Below are positions 1 to 8,649 of a stretch of 37,453 bases of DNA, one piece after another. Position numbers and translations under genes: made by a program. The stretch comes from a virus: positions 1-37,453 of IMG/VR virus record IMGVR_UViG_3300023223_001048. One strand, written 5' to 3'. Below the pieces are notes generated by a model, which saw only the letters and a list, made by a program, of their open reading frames with translations, made no database searches and had not been told where the DNA came from. Each line of letters starts with the position of its first letter. Position 1 is the first letter of the stretch.

Positions 1-144
1 CCGAATACGATGTTTGCAGTTGCTAGAAGGGCAGCAGAAGTTGGCGGCAGCGAAGAAATTATTGCTTTCACCAGTGGCGCAACGGATGAATATGGCTGTT
101 TTTATGGTAATACATCAGGAACCGCTTTCTTTTTAAACAATTCA
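1..144. repeat. Left copy of an exact 144-bp terminal direct repeat, identical to 37310-37453. This is the assembly overlap of a circular or circularly permuted genome with a unique length of 37309 bp.
   Basis: Base-by-base comparison of both window ends gives 144/144 identical (ccgaatacgatgtttgcag...ttaaacaattca). Confidence 0.95.
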
Positions 145-441
145 GTAAATAATTTTGTGATTAATTCAGGCAATACGAACACAAACTTTCAGATTGTTAT
201 GACAAGAAGAAGTGGCACTACACAAGCGATTGCTATTGATGGAGGAGCAGAAGATACTGATACAGCAGGTGCTAATGTGACAGGTTTAACAACACGGCAT
301 ATTTTTGCCAGAAATGGCAGTTCAAACTTTTTAACAGGTGATTTAGCAGAGATTTTCATATATGATACTTCGTTATCATCGGGTGATATTTTAGACGTAT
401 TAGATTATTTAGAAGCAAAATGGGGAATTACAGTACCATAA
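1..441 (+). CDS. C-terminal part (LamG / concanavalin-A-like lectin fold) of the DUF285/BspA-like repeat protein that starts at 35507 and wraps across the junction. The Met at 10 is internal.
   Basis: The frame of ORF 10..441 is open back to base 1. With the 37309-bp offset it is the same frame as the ORF opening at 35507, and ...GPNTMFAVARR reads through at 37310. Confidence 0.8.
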   Translation, partial: PNTMFAVARRAAEVGGSEEIIAFTSGATDEYGCFYGNTSGTAFFLNNSVNNFVINSGNTNTNFQIVMTRRSGTTQAIAIDGGAEDTDTAGANVTGLTTRHIFARNGSSNFLTGDLAEIFIYDTSLSSGDILDVLDYLEAKWGITVP

Positions 442-476
442 GATTTTTTAAAAGCAAAAAAGGAAAGGGGGGCATT

Positions 477-761
477 ATGCCAGTATACTTAATTTGGAAC
501 CATCCAAACGATGCGGAAACAGACGCAAAAGACTCATTAGCAGCGGTCGATATAGTTTATAATCTACCGTATTTAGATCAAGAGAGTGGTTATGTAATGG
601 ATACATGGGCTGAGGTCACTAATTCAGACTCTAATGATGACGAATGGGGCTTTTATAAACCAGAGCCTAGACTAGGGAAGCTGTTAAGTGTTTTGATGGC
701 TGTTTTAATTGGGAATTATAGTGAAGAAACTGAAATGCCGGATGATTGGGTAATCATATAA
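477..761 (+). CDS. Hypothetical 94-aa protein, paralogous to the N-terminal domain of the next gene.
   Basis: An aggaaagggggg RBS lies before the ATG at 477. Motifs shared with the next gene are SLAAV..(I)Y.LPY, YVMD.W..VT.SD, EWGFYKP, GKL, PDDW(V/I). Confidence 0.6.
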   Translation: MPVYLIWNHPNDAETDAKDSLAAVDIVYNLPYLDQESGYVMDTWAEVTNSDSNDDEWGFYKPEPRLGKLLSVLMAVLIGNYSEETEMPDDWVII

Positions 762-1603
762 TGATTGAGTTTTTAAGGTGGGACACTCAAGCAGATGCTA
801 ATACATCATTGGCAGCTGTTGAAGCTATTTATGACTTGCCTTATTCGGAAGGTGATTATGTTATGGATGATTGGGATAATGTCACACAATCAGATACGAC
901 TAGTGAATGGGGATTTTATAAACCACAAGTAATGCTTGGTAAATTACAAGTAGATCTTATGGCTGCTTGTGAGGCTGGCTATACAGAAACCGCAAATATA
1001 CCGGATGACTGGATAGTTGAGGGTAGTGAAACTATTCTTCTGTCTGAACCATTCGATACAAATGGCGATATATCAATTTATACAGATTGGAGCGTAGTAG
1101 ATGATGGCACCGTGGGTGCCCCGTCAATTTGGACGGTCACTGGTAATGTATTACAACAAACCACTAATATACGTGATGGGTTAGGCAACGCGTTGCCCCA
1201 ATTAGGCACGTATGCATCCTATGATCCTGGTATTAGTTGGACAGATTATAGCCTAGAGCTTGATCTTGATACTAATGATGATGATACTATTGGCGTGATG
1301 TTCCGTGTGTCTGATAGTTCTAACTACTATCGTTTTTCTTTGAGTAGCCAACAAGCTTTTCGGCGTATTGTGAAAAATGTAGCTGGTGTCTTTACTTTAT
1401 TAGCAGAAGATACCGTGGCTTATACAGTTGGGCAAACATATGCGCTAGAGATTGTTGTTCAAGGTAGCTCTATCACTGTCAGCATTGATGGGACTGAAAT
1501 ACTTTCGGCTACGGATACTTCTTTATCTTCCGGCACTATTGGACTTTATTCTTTTGCGCATGGCGGAAGCTATTTTGATAATGTCGTAGTAACCGAACTT
1601 TAG
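761..1603 (+). CDS. Hypothetical 280-aa protein. The N-terminal domain is paralogous to the 477..761 product, and the C-terminal part looks like a concanavalin-A-like/LamG (DUF1080-like) beta-sandwich.
   Basis: TAATG start/stop overlap at 759-763. The C-terminal pattern is YSLELDL...DDTIGVMFRVSDSSNYYRFSL...YALEIVVQGSSITVSIDG...GTIGLYSF...YFDNVVV. Confidence 0.65.
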   Translation: MIEFLRWDTQADANTSLAAVEAIYDLPYSEGDYVMDDWDNVTQSDTTSEWGFYKPQVMLGKLQVDLMAACEAGYTETANIPDDWIVEGSETILLSEPFDTNGDISIYTDWSVVDDGTVGAPSIWTVTGNVLQQTTNIRDGLGNALPQLGTYASYDPGISWTDYSLELDLDTNDDDTIGVMFRVSDSSNYYRFSLSSQQAFRRIVKNVAGVFTLLAEDTVAYTVGQTYALEIVVQGSSITVSIDGTEILSATDTSLSSGTIGLYSFAHGGSYFDNVVVTEL

Positions 1604-1615
1604 GAGGTAAAAATT

Positions 1616-1921
1616 ATGGCAATCACAAGCGAACTACTTGAAGCAGATGGCGATTTTGAGCATGTATATCAAGTTATTCCTGCAAGCTCAAGAGGCGTAC
1701 AAGGCTTCCAAATTAATGCAGATGGTGATTTTGGTGGCGGGACGCTAACGTTAACTGTTCTGTTAGCTGATGGGCTTTTCCATGACATGGAAAATGGTAC
1801 TTATACAGTACTCACGAGCAGGGATGTTGGATGGCGTAGTCCAACAACATTTAAAGCCACTTTAGCAGGCGCTACAGCACCGTCACTTTTTGTTCAATTT
1901 ACGGATAATGCACGCGGCTAA
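1616..1921 (+). CDS. Hypothetical protein (101 aa).
   Basis: A taggaggtaaaaattATG RBS precedes the start. The composition looks coding. Confidence 0.55.
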   Translation: MAITSELLEADGDFEHVYQVIPASSRGVQGFQINADGDFGGGTLTLTVLLADGLFHDMENGTYTVLTSRDVGWRSPTTFKATLAGATAPSLFVQFTDNARG

Positions 1922-1971
1922 CTGCTTTTCGATATTAAAATGTTCCACATGAAACATAGGAGGAAATAATC

Positions 1972-2139
1972 ATGCCACATAGAAGCGGAAGAGGTGGAAG
2001 AGCTGGTGGATTTGCACCTACCCGTAGAACACGACGATTTAGTGCGAAGCCAGAATTTCAACGTAAGGCGAGACGCACCACTAAACCAACTGCTAGACCA
2101 ATCAAAATGACTCGAAGAAGAGGCCTTAGAGTTTTTTAA
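1972..2139 (+). CDS. Very basic Arg-rich small protein (55 aa, MPHRSGRGGRAGGFAPTRRTRRF...), absent from the ORF track because it is under 60 aa.
   Basis: A strong aggaggaaataatcATG RBS precedes the start. The antisense ORF 1918..2211 appears to be its shadow. Confidence 0.6.
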   Translation: MPHRSGRGGRAGGFAPTRRTRRFSAKPEFQRKARRTTKPTARPIKMTRRRGLRVF

Positions 2140-2140
2140 A

Positions 2141-2401
2141 ATGGAAGATCTTTCACAACCATTAGCACAAAAAGTTGTTGATTCAACTACTACAAGTACA
2201 CTTGAATCCACATTTAGCTATAATTTTATTATGTTTGGCCATTGTCAGTTAAATAAGCCACTTCAATGTTACCACATTGGATACTTAGGCTGTAAAAGCA
2301 TTACAGAAGCCAGTAGCGGTATAGAGTTTGCTAGTTATAAGATTGAATTTGATGATGCCGAACCAATCATTATCGGTAACACTATACTGGTATCAGCATG
2401 A
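2141..2401 (+). CDS. Hypothetical protein (86 aa).
   Basis: The ORF starts 2 nt after the previous stop, on the same strand as its neighbours. Confidence 0.45.
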   Translation: MEDLSQPLAQKVVDSTTTSTLESTFSYNFIMFGHCQLNKPLQCYHIGYLGCKSITEASSGIEFASYKIEFDDAEPIIIGNTILVSA

Positions 2402-2514
2402 ATAAGGTAATTAATTTATCAGAATGGAAGCATTTGAAAAGGCAGATAGAGAATTGTTCCAGAAACAAGTCCTAAGAAATATTGCTGATAATGGAAAACT
2501 TAAAGGAAAGAATA

Positions 2515-2748
2515 ATGAGAACTAAACCAAGTATTGATAACAGTCAACAAGTGTACATGCTTGGAGATTCTTCAATAGAAAGTTGCCCGCCGTTACACAA
2601 AAGCCCATTTCAATGGATGGATACAGATTCTCTGGCATGGCGAGCTATTGTAGATTATGTATTAGCCCATCAAGACGATATAATTAATAACATTAATGAT
2701 TTCGAAACTTTAAAACCTGTACTTGATCATTTTAATAGGTACTGCTAA
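2515..2748 (+). CDS. Hypothetical protein (77 aa). Alternative starts are at 2482 (TTG) and 2491.
   Basis: An aaaggaaagaataATG RBS favours 2515. Confidence 0.45.
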   Translation: MRTKPSIDNSQQVYMLGDSSIESCPPLHKSPFQWMDTDSLAWRAIVDYVLAHQDDIINNINDFETLKPVLDHFNRYC

Positions 2749-2852
2749 TGAAAACTTACCGATCACCATGTCCCATTATAAGCGACGATGATTTTGAAAA
2801 AATACTTGCAAACAGCAGAGTAGATAAAGATCTTAAATTGATCAATAACTAA
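2748..2852 (+). CDS. Possible 34-aa small protein (MKTYRSPCPIISDDDFEK...).
   Basis: TAATG coupling to the previous gene. It is too short to be sure. Confidence 0.3.
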   Translation: MKTYRSPCPIISDDDFEKILANSRVDKDLKLINN

Positions 2853-2895
2853 TCAGTTGTTAACCTCCATCATTCAGTAAGTTGACCTAAATAAT

Positions 2896-3261
2896 ATGCC
2901 GACAAAAGTAACAAACTACAAAAACAAGATATTTCTTCTCAATAGATTGAAGGATATGTATGGCGATGACTTTGATCCTATTGTTAAAATGGCTCAAAAT
3001 TGTGTTACATTACAAAGGATTGCTGATGAGCATTCAAAAGGGAAGATTACAATAGATGCAGAGACTAAAGTTATTATCGATGCTTCAAGTTCAGCTATAA
3101 CAGCAATAGCCGGTTGGGACAAAGTAGCTCAATACATTCAGCCTAAACTTAAAGCTATTGAACTATCAGGCGACAGTGAACAGCCATTGGCTTTAGAGAT
3201 AACTTATGCCGGTGTTAAGAGCACTGGTAAAAGAGTAAAGAAGAAAGAGGATCTTAAATAA
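2896..3261 (+). CDS. terS: Probable small terminase subunit (121 aa).
   Basis: It sits immediately upstream of the large terminase, is the right size, and has a basic C-terminus. The call is positional. Confidence 0.55.
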   Translation: MPTKVTNYKNKIFLLNRLKDMYGDDFDPIVKMAQNCVTLQRIADEHSKGKITIDAETKVIIDASSSAITAIAGWDKVAQYIQPKLKAIELSGDSEQPLALEITYAGVKSTGKRVKKKEDLK

Positions 3262-3410
3262 TGCTTAATGTAGATTATGAAAGAATTGTGCAATTCCTGG
3301 TTTATATACTTGTATCCTTACCATTGTTGCTAACAGCCTTTGTTTTGATTGCAATGCTGGCTTTATGCTGGTCTTGTTATTATATTCGAATAAAACTTAG
3401 TAATGAATAA
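3261..3410 (+). CDS. Possible 49-aa single-pass membrane protein between terS and terL.
   Basis: TAATG coupling to terS, a hydrophobic core FLVYILVSLPLLLTAFVLIAMLALCW, and an 8-nt overlap with the terL start. Confidence 0.4.
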   Translation: MLNVDYERIVQFLVYILVSLPLLLTAFVLIAMLALCWSCYYIRIKLSNE

Positions 3411-4893
3411 CACAGCAATTAACATAGAATACGTCGATAGACTAGGCGTACTCCTTCAAAAGCCTAAGCGCATTAAGATTCTTGTTGGTGGTCGAGGTTC
3501 TACTAAGTCTACATTCATAGCAGATCATTGTTTAGCTAAAGTAACACAAGGTGATTCTTGGTGCTGTGCTAGAGAGTATTGGAGTTCAATTGATGATTCT
3601 GTTCATTCGCTACTTACTGATGAAATAGATAGATTAGGATTTACAGGTTTTGATGTTTTAGCTAGAGAAATTAACCATATTTCAAAAGGCCGGATATTCT
3701 ATCGTGGCCTTGCTCGCAATATAACGAGCTTAAAAGGAATACATTGCAAAATATTATGGATAGAAGAAGGCGAGACTTTAAGCACTGGTACGCTCAGAGT
3801 ACTAACAGCATCTATTAGAACATCAGCCAAAGAGCAGCAAGAAGCAGAACAGGAAGATCGAGAGATAGAGATCCCTGAGATTTGGATCTCAATGAATCGA
3901 GGTAGTAGTAAAGATCCTATTTCTCAACGTTATCTAAAGCGAGCAGAAAAAGACCTGTTAGAATGCGGTTATTATGAAGATGACTTAATGATTGTCGTTG
4001 AAATAAACTTTGATGAGAATCCGTGGTTCTTAGGTTCGGGACTAGAAGTAGAAAGAGCCGATGACGAAAGATATATGAGTACCGCTGCTTATGAAGCTAA
4101 ATGGTATGGCAAATACTCTGACACTGTCGAGAACGCTATCATCGATCCTGAATGGTTTGATGCATGTATTGATGCACACATTAAATTAGGGTTTAAGCCT
4201 GAAGGTTTAGAGGTTGTAGCACACGATCCTTTTGATGGCGGTAAAGATGCAGCCGGTCTTACGCATATGCATGGCTCTGTATTGATCTATGCGGATGATT
4301 CAAAAGAAGGTAAGGTTAATGACGCTTGTGACTGGGCTTTAGATTATGTTCACACTACTAAACCAGACTTCTTTATCTGGGATGCTGGCGGAATAGGCGC
4401 AGGATTAAAGCGACAGATTACAGACGCATTAGATCAAAAGAATATCAACGTACAAATGTTTGAAGGTCAGGCAAAAGTAGCACACCCTGATCAGATCTAT
4501 GAGCCTACACTTGGTATGGTCATGCAGGCCAAAACAAACCGCCAAACATTTTTAAACCGAAGGGCACAACGATACTGGAATTTAAGAGATAGAATCTTTA
4601 AGACCTATCTGGCTGTCACAGAAAACAAGCATACTGAGATAGGCGAGATGATCAGCTTTAGCTCAAGCATTGCTAAGCTTCCTACTCTTAGATCAGAACT
4701 ATGCAGAATCCCACGCAAATATAACGGCACCGGAAAGATACAAATCTTATCCAAGCCTGAAATGTACAAAGAGGGCATTAATTCGCCTAACATTGGTGAC
4801 CCTGTTATGATGTCGATGGATGCTGAGTTTATTCCTAAAGTAAAACGGCGTAAGCCACAGATGCCATCGATTAATTATTTTGTGAGGCAATGA
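3403..4893 (+). CDS. terL: Large terminase subunit, P22 gp2-like (496 aa).
   Basis: Walker-A-like ILVGGRGSTKST, WIEEGE (Walker B region), and size and gene order as in P22. Confidence 0.9.
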   Translation: MNNTAINIEYVDRLGVLLQKPKRIKILVGGRGSTKSTFIADHCLAKVTQGDSWCCAREYWSSIDDSVHSLLTDEIDRLGFTGFDVLAREINHISKGRIFYRGLARNITSLKGIHCKILWIEEGETLSTGTLRVLTASIRTSAKEQQEAEQEDREIEIPEIWISMNRGSSKDPISQRYLKRAEKDLLECGYYEDDLMIVVEINFDENPWFLGSGLEVERADDERYMSTAAYEAKWYGKYSDTVENAIIDPEWFDACIDAHIKLGFKPEGLEVVAHDPFDGGKDAAGLTHMHGSVLIYADDSKEGKVNDACDWALDYVHTTKPDFFIWDAGGIGAGLKRQITDALDQKNINVQMFEGQAKVAHPDQIYEPTLGMVMQAKTNRQTFLNRRAQRYWNLRDRIFKTYLAVTENKHTEIGEMISFSSSIAKLPTLRSELCRIPRKYNGTGKIQILSKPEMYKEGINSPNIGDPVMMSMDAEFIPKVKRRKPQMPSINYFVRQ

Positions 4894-4905
4894 AGAAATG
4901 AATTT

Positions 4906-5085
4906 ATGACAAATGTTATTTACATAGAAGAATGGAAGAAAAAGAAAGAAGATGTATTAGGTCATACATTAGATACTCGGTTGTTTCGATTGCAGCGTCC
5001 ACATCTTTCCTATTTTGAGCTGTGTAATATATGGGACGACTCACTAAATAGAGAGATAGCCATTGGCACTGATGCGAGTGATTAA
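4906..5085 (+). CDS. Hypothetical small protein (59 aa).
   Basis: This is a plus-strand ORF just under the track cutoff. The antisense ORF 4916..5239 has junk-like composition. Confidence 0.4.
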   Translation: MTNVIYIEEWKKKKEDVLGHTLDTRLFRLQRPHLSYFELCNIWDDSLNREIAIGTDASD

Positions 5086-5105
5086 TAACAATTGAGGCAA
5101 TGATT

Positions 5106-5270
5106 ATGGACACATATATTTTAAAAGTAAATTCAACAAATGGGCTTAAAGAATATGAAGGAAGCGAAGAATATTTTCTGGAAAGTATTACTAATGATGG
5201 TGCGGCAACGCTTAAAATACTAAAAGTCATAGATGACAAGACTATAAGAGTTGCGCCAAAGGAATATTAA
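5106..5270 (+). CDS. Hypothetical small protein (54 aa).
   Basis: A gagg RBS lies 8 nt before the ATG at 5106, on the same strand as the flanking structural genes. Confidence 0.4.
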   Translation: MDTYILKVNSTNGLKEYEGSEEYFLESITNDGAATLKILKVIDDKTIRVAPKEY

Positions 5271-5286
5271 ATAAAGACTAACTATT

Positions 5287-7353
5287 ATGCCACACAAGAA
5301 AGTAGACAATGATCTTGTAACAAATGATGAATTGAATAGAATTCAGATAATCATTGACAGAGATTATTATGCAGTCGATCAACAGCGTGATTGGTCTAAT
5401 GAAGACATACGCTTTGTTGATGTTGATGGCGCTATGTATGAGGACTGGTTCAGAGAAGAATTATTTGATGACCGTCCTAAGATGGAATTTAATAAGGTTG
5501 CCCAATCGGTACACAGATTTTTAGGTGAATGGGCTTCTAATCGTTTCCAGACTAAATTCATTCCTGATGACGGCGTCACCTCTGAGGCAGACGCAGATCT
5601 ATTATCAGGCTTATATCGCAAAGACTTTAGGCGTTCTAGCGGTGCTGAAGCAATTGACAATGCTGTACAAGAGATGGCTAAGGGTGGTTATAGCGCACTC
5701 AGATTATCGACTGAGTTTGTTGATGACGAAGACATTGATAACGATAAACAGAGAGTTATCTTTGAACCTATTTTTTCAGGTTACAATTCTACTATTTTTG
5801 ATGCCAATGCTAAGAAATACGATAAATCGGATGCTAGACACGTTACTTATCTTGAGCAAATCACACATGAGGCTGCCGAGGAAGAATGGGGCGAAAAGAT
5901 ATCGAGCGCTTTTCAACCGCCTAATCAAAGGCGATTCAATTGGAACAATGTTGCTCATGTTTGGATAGGACATTTTTATGAGATCAAAGAAAACAAAGAA
6001 ACGGTAATTGTTTTTGAAGATCCGCTCGGTAGAAGGAAAGCAATTTACGAGAAAGACTTTAAGCCATTCCTTAAAGAGCTAGCAGACGGTGGTTATGAAG
6101 AAATCTCCAAAAGGAAGAAAATCCGTCGAACTGTCTGGAAAACCATTATAGGTGGTACTTCAATTCTTGAAGAAGCTGTAAGAATCCCAGGTAAATTACT
6201 GCCTATTATCCCTATGTACGGCTATAGGTCTTATGTTGATGGAAAGGAATTCTGGTATGGTCTTGTACGAAAGGACAAAGATGCGAACCGATTATTTAAT
6301 ATGGCTGCAACGTCGATGGCTGAAGCCGCAGTGACTACTTCAAAAACTATGCCTATCTTTACGGATGAGCAAGTAGAGGGTCGTGAGTCTCAATTAAGTG
6401 AGATGCACTTAGGCAAACATAATTACGTTATTGTTAATCAATTATATGCGGAGGACGGCAGTATGATTCCGTCTGGCCCTGTCGGTATTTGGCAAGCATC
6501 ACCTGTAGATCCTAATAATGCTGCTGTTATGCAAGTAGCCAGTGAATACATCCAATCTGAAACAGGCGGCGCACCTCAGGACATTCTAGATCCTCATGCA
6601 TCAGGTAAAGCCATCAACGCTATTACCGCTAGAATCGATATGAATACCTTTGAGCTGATGGATAATATCGCCAAGACTTTAAAAAGAATGGGTGAAGTTT
6701 ACCGCTCAATTGCTGGTGAGATATATGATGTAGAACAGAAAGTAAATTTAATTAAAGAAGATGGTACAGACAGTACGGCTGTTTTGTTCGAGTTAATCAC
6801 AGATGAAGAAACCGGCAGAACTAAAGCGATCAATGATATAACGACTGGTGTGTATGAAGTTATTGTAGATACTGGCCCTGCTTTTGCGTCAAGACGTCGA
6901 GAGACAATGCAAGATATGAAAGACATTATGAAAATAACACCAGAAAATTCACCCTATATGCCCTTTTTATATGCTGAATGGATAGCTGCACTGGATGGGC
7001 CAGACTTAGCTGGATTAAAAGACTTTAATTCCCGACAGATGCTAATGATGGGGTTAAGAAAGCCAGAAAATGATGAGGAAGTTGCTTTACTGCAACAACA
7101 AAAAGAAGCGCAAACTAACGAGCAGGGTGAGTATTTTCAAGCCTTGGCCGCAGAAAGCAATGCAAATGCGCAAGAGTCCTTAAGCAATATTGACAAGAAT
7201 GCTTCTGTCGCTCAGTTAAATGCAGCGAAAACAGCAGAGACTTTAAATGGTATAAATATAGATCGCTTTAAGGCCGCTAATGAGGCCATTACTACTAGAA
7301 CTAAGGCAATAGAGTCTAGAGTTAAATTAGCGCAAGGGTTTACTAGGCGTTAA
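5287..7353 (+). CDS. Portal protein, P22 gp1-like (688 aa).
   Basis: Motifs occur in the same order as in P22 gp1: DKSDARH, HFYEIKENKET, IRRTVWKTII. There is also a long Gln/Ala-rich helical C-terminal tail. Confidence 0.92.
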   Translation: MPHKKVDNDLVTNDELNRIQIIIDRDYYAVDQQRDWSNEDIRFVDVDGAMYEDWFREELFDDRPKMEFNKVAQSVHRFLGEWASNRFQTKFIPDDGVTSEADADLLSGLYRKDFRRSSGAEAIDNAVQEMAKGGYSALRLSTEFVDDEDIDNDKQRVIFEPIFSGYNSTIFDANAKKYDKSDARHVTYLEQITHEAAEEEWGEKISSAFQPPNQRRFNWNNVAHVWIGHFYEIKENKETVIVFEDPLGRRKAIYEKDFKPFLKELADGGYEEISKRKKIRRTVWKTIIGGTSILEEAVRIPGKLLPIIPMYGYRSYVDGKEFWYGLVRKDKDANRLFNMAATSMAEAAVTTSKTMPIFTDEQVEGRESQLSEMHLGKHNYVIVNQLYAEDGSMIPSGPVGIWQASPVDPNNAAVMQVASEYIQSETGGAPQDILDPHASGKAINAITARIDMNTFELMDNIAKTLKRMGEVYRSIAGEIYDVEQKVNLIKEDGTDSTAVLFELITDEETGRTKAINDITTGVYEVIVDTGPAFASRRRETMQDMKDIMKITPENSPYMPFLYAEWIAALDGPDLAGLKDFNSRQMLMMGLRKPENDEEVALLQQQKEAQTNEQGEYFQALAAESNANAQESLSNIDKNASVAQLNAAKTAETLNGINIDRFKAANEAITTRTKAIESRVKLAQGFTRR

Positions 7354-7523
7354 CAGAATGTATTTATATTCTTTTTTATTATCTCTTCTGCTGCATAACG
7401 CATATTTAATTCGTGTTCTAATCGTTTTTGATATTGATTAAGTAATCTCACTACCAATTCAATATGATATTTAGTTGGCCCTCTAACAATCTCACCATCC
7501 TCATTTATCGTATATTCATTCAT
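7350..7523 (-). CDS. Hypothetical 57-aa protein, the last gene of the antisense cassette.
   Basis: A ggggag RBS lies 7 nt before the ATG at 7523. Its stop overlaps the portal stop (ttaa at 7350-7353). Confidence 0.5.
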   Translation of the reverse strand: MNEYTINEDGEIVRGPTKYHIELVVRLLNQYQKRLEHELNMRYAAEEIIKKNINTFC

Positions 7524-7535
7524 TATCATACTCCC

Positions 7536-7730
7536 CTAATCATAATCTGGCGCACAAAAAGATATAGTTAATCTAGTTTTACATTTATTGCACTCCATCG
7601 CCGCCACACAACAATTATTAGTTTTTGTATCTCTGTGACATCCATATTTTTTTATCTCTGGTGTTTTCGTATCAACATATTCATACACACCACTACATGA
7701 ACAATGTATATTTTCTATATCTCTGGACAT
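7536..7730 (-). CDS. Cys-rich 64-aa protein with 8 Cys, probably zinc-binding.
   Basis: agaggattagaataATG RBS, and motifs CSCSG...C.H...CC...CNKC...C. Confidence 0.6.
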   Translation of the reverse strand: MSRDIENIHCSCSGVYEYVDTKTPEIKKYGCHRDTKTNNCCVAAMECNKCKTRLTISFCAPDYD

Positions 7731-7742
7731 TATTCTAATCCT

Positions 7743-7868
7743 CTAAATATAAGCAAAAAACATAAGTAAAAACCCAATCGTAAGGCCGATAAGTAATGCC
7801 CTAATACAAACAAATAATATTGATTTTACAGTAATTTTATTATAATAATTTATTTTGGGAATTTTCAT
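7743..7868 (-). CDS. Possible 41-aa membrane peptide.
   Basis: gaggattgaaataATG RBS and a hydrophobic stretch ILFVCIRALLIGLTIGFLLMFFAYI. Confidence 0.45.
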   Translation of the reverse strand: MKIPKINYYNKITVKSILFVCIRALLIGLTIGFLLMFFAYI

Positions 7869-7969
7869 TATTTCAATCCTCATATTTGCAGTTAGCACAC
7901 TATTTTGTTATTATAGGTTTGTTGAAGATATACTGTTTTGCATGGTATAACCCGAGAAGCCCTAGAGGA

Positions 7970-8296
7970 TTAGTTCCCCTTCAGGGCTTTTTGTTTTTCT
8001 TCTTCTCTTGATTGTGCTACCTCATTGTCCAATCTAAACATTTCCAATTCTCTGGCCAAAAACTCAGATTTTTGTTTCCTGCATAAAAGTCTTTTTGTTA
8101 AATATTTTGCGAAATCTTCCATTTCTGCTGGTTTAAATTCTATTTTATCTATATTTTTCTCATCATAATCAATAGTAAAAATAACTTTATCCTTGAAGAA
8201 CTCTCTTAGATCTTTTTCCCATATGCATTTTGCAGTAGGAATTCCATAGTAACCAAAACTATATTCTTCAATAAATTCTTCAAGTTGACCATTCAT
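7970..8296 (-). CDS. Hypothetical 108-aa protein whose C-terminal motif is shared with the upstream gene.
   Basis: agagaggataatagcaATG RBS. The C-terminus FLARELEMFRLDNEVAQSREEE parallels ILAEEFENFKKDNYVSESREDN. Confidence 0.6.
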   Translation of the reverse strand: MNGQLEEFIEEYSFGYYGIPTAKCIWEKDLREFFKDKVIFTIDYDEKNIDKIEFKPAEMEDFAKYLTKRLLCRKQKSEFLARELEMFRLDNEVAQSREEEKQKALKGN

Positions 8297-8465
8297 TGCT
8301 ATTATCCTCTCTTGACTCTGAAACATAATTGTCTTTCTTAAAATTTTCGAATTCTTCAGCTAATATTTTATTAATAAGTGGTCTAAATTTATAGAAAATT
8401 GAAAGTGCGCTCAAGGCAGCAATTTCAGAATCAGAGCAAATTTCATCATCAAGTTCATCTTTCAT
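8280..8465 (-). CDS. Hypothetical acidic 61-aa protein.
   Basis: An agagaggataATGATG RBS/start lies inside the 3' end of the upstream gene. An alternative start is at 8468. Confidence 0.55.
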   Translation of the reverse strand: MKDELDDEICSDSEIAALSALSIFYKFRPLINKILAEEFENFKKDNYVSESREDNSNEWST

Positions 8466-8649
8466 CATTATCCTCTCTATGCTTAGCCATAAACTCATGC
8501 AAGTTTTCTTTTCTTCTTTCTCTGGCCGAAAGTTCAAAAATAAGCTCAGGGTATCTAGCGTGATTTATTATGACCTTGCGTTCTTTTGCAACTGTCTTAA
8601 AAATTTCCTGTGCACCATGGCGCCATTGAGTGGAAGTAAATGTTTTCAT
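8455..8649 (-). CDS. Hypothetical 64-aa protein with a weak resemblance to Phd/YefM-type antitoxin N-termini.
   Basis: MKTFTSTQWRHGAQEIFKTVAKERKVIINHARYPELIFEL fits the pattern by eye only. ATGA coupling to the upstream gene. Confidence 0.55.
   Translation of the reverse strand: MKTFTSTQWRHGAQEIFKTVAKERKVIINHARYPELIFELSARERRKENLHEFMAKHREDNDER

Noticed and set aside
10-441. An independent 143-aa gene starting at the Met at position 10.
   Set aside because: The frame is open upstream to base 1 and continues the 35507 ORF through the circular junction. No RBS precedes position 10.
1918-6926. Antisense or off-frame track ORFs 1918..2211(-), 4605..4793(-), 4916..5239(-), 5379..5660(-), 5525..5968(+), 5776..5973(-), 6699..6926(-).
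   Set aside because: They lie inside or opposite well-supported genes (Arg-rich ORF, terL, portal). They have Ser/Leu/Ile-rich shadow composition and no RBS.
8455-8649. A Phd/YefM-type toxin-antitoxin pair.
   Set aside because: The resemblance covers only the N-terminal 40 aa by eye, and no neighbouring ORF looks like a known toxin (Doc, RelE, YoeB, etc.). It is kept as a weak note only.
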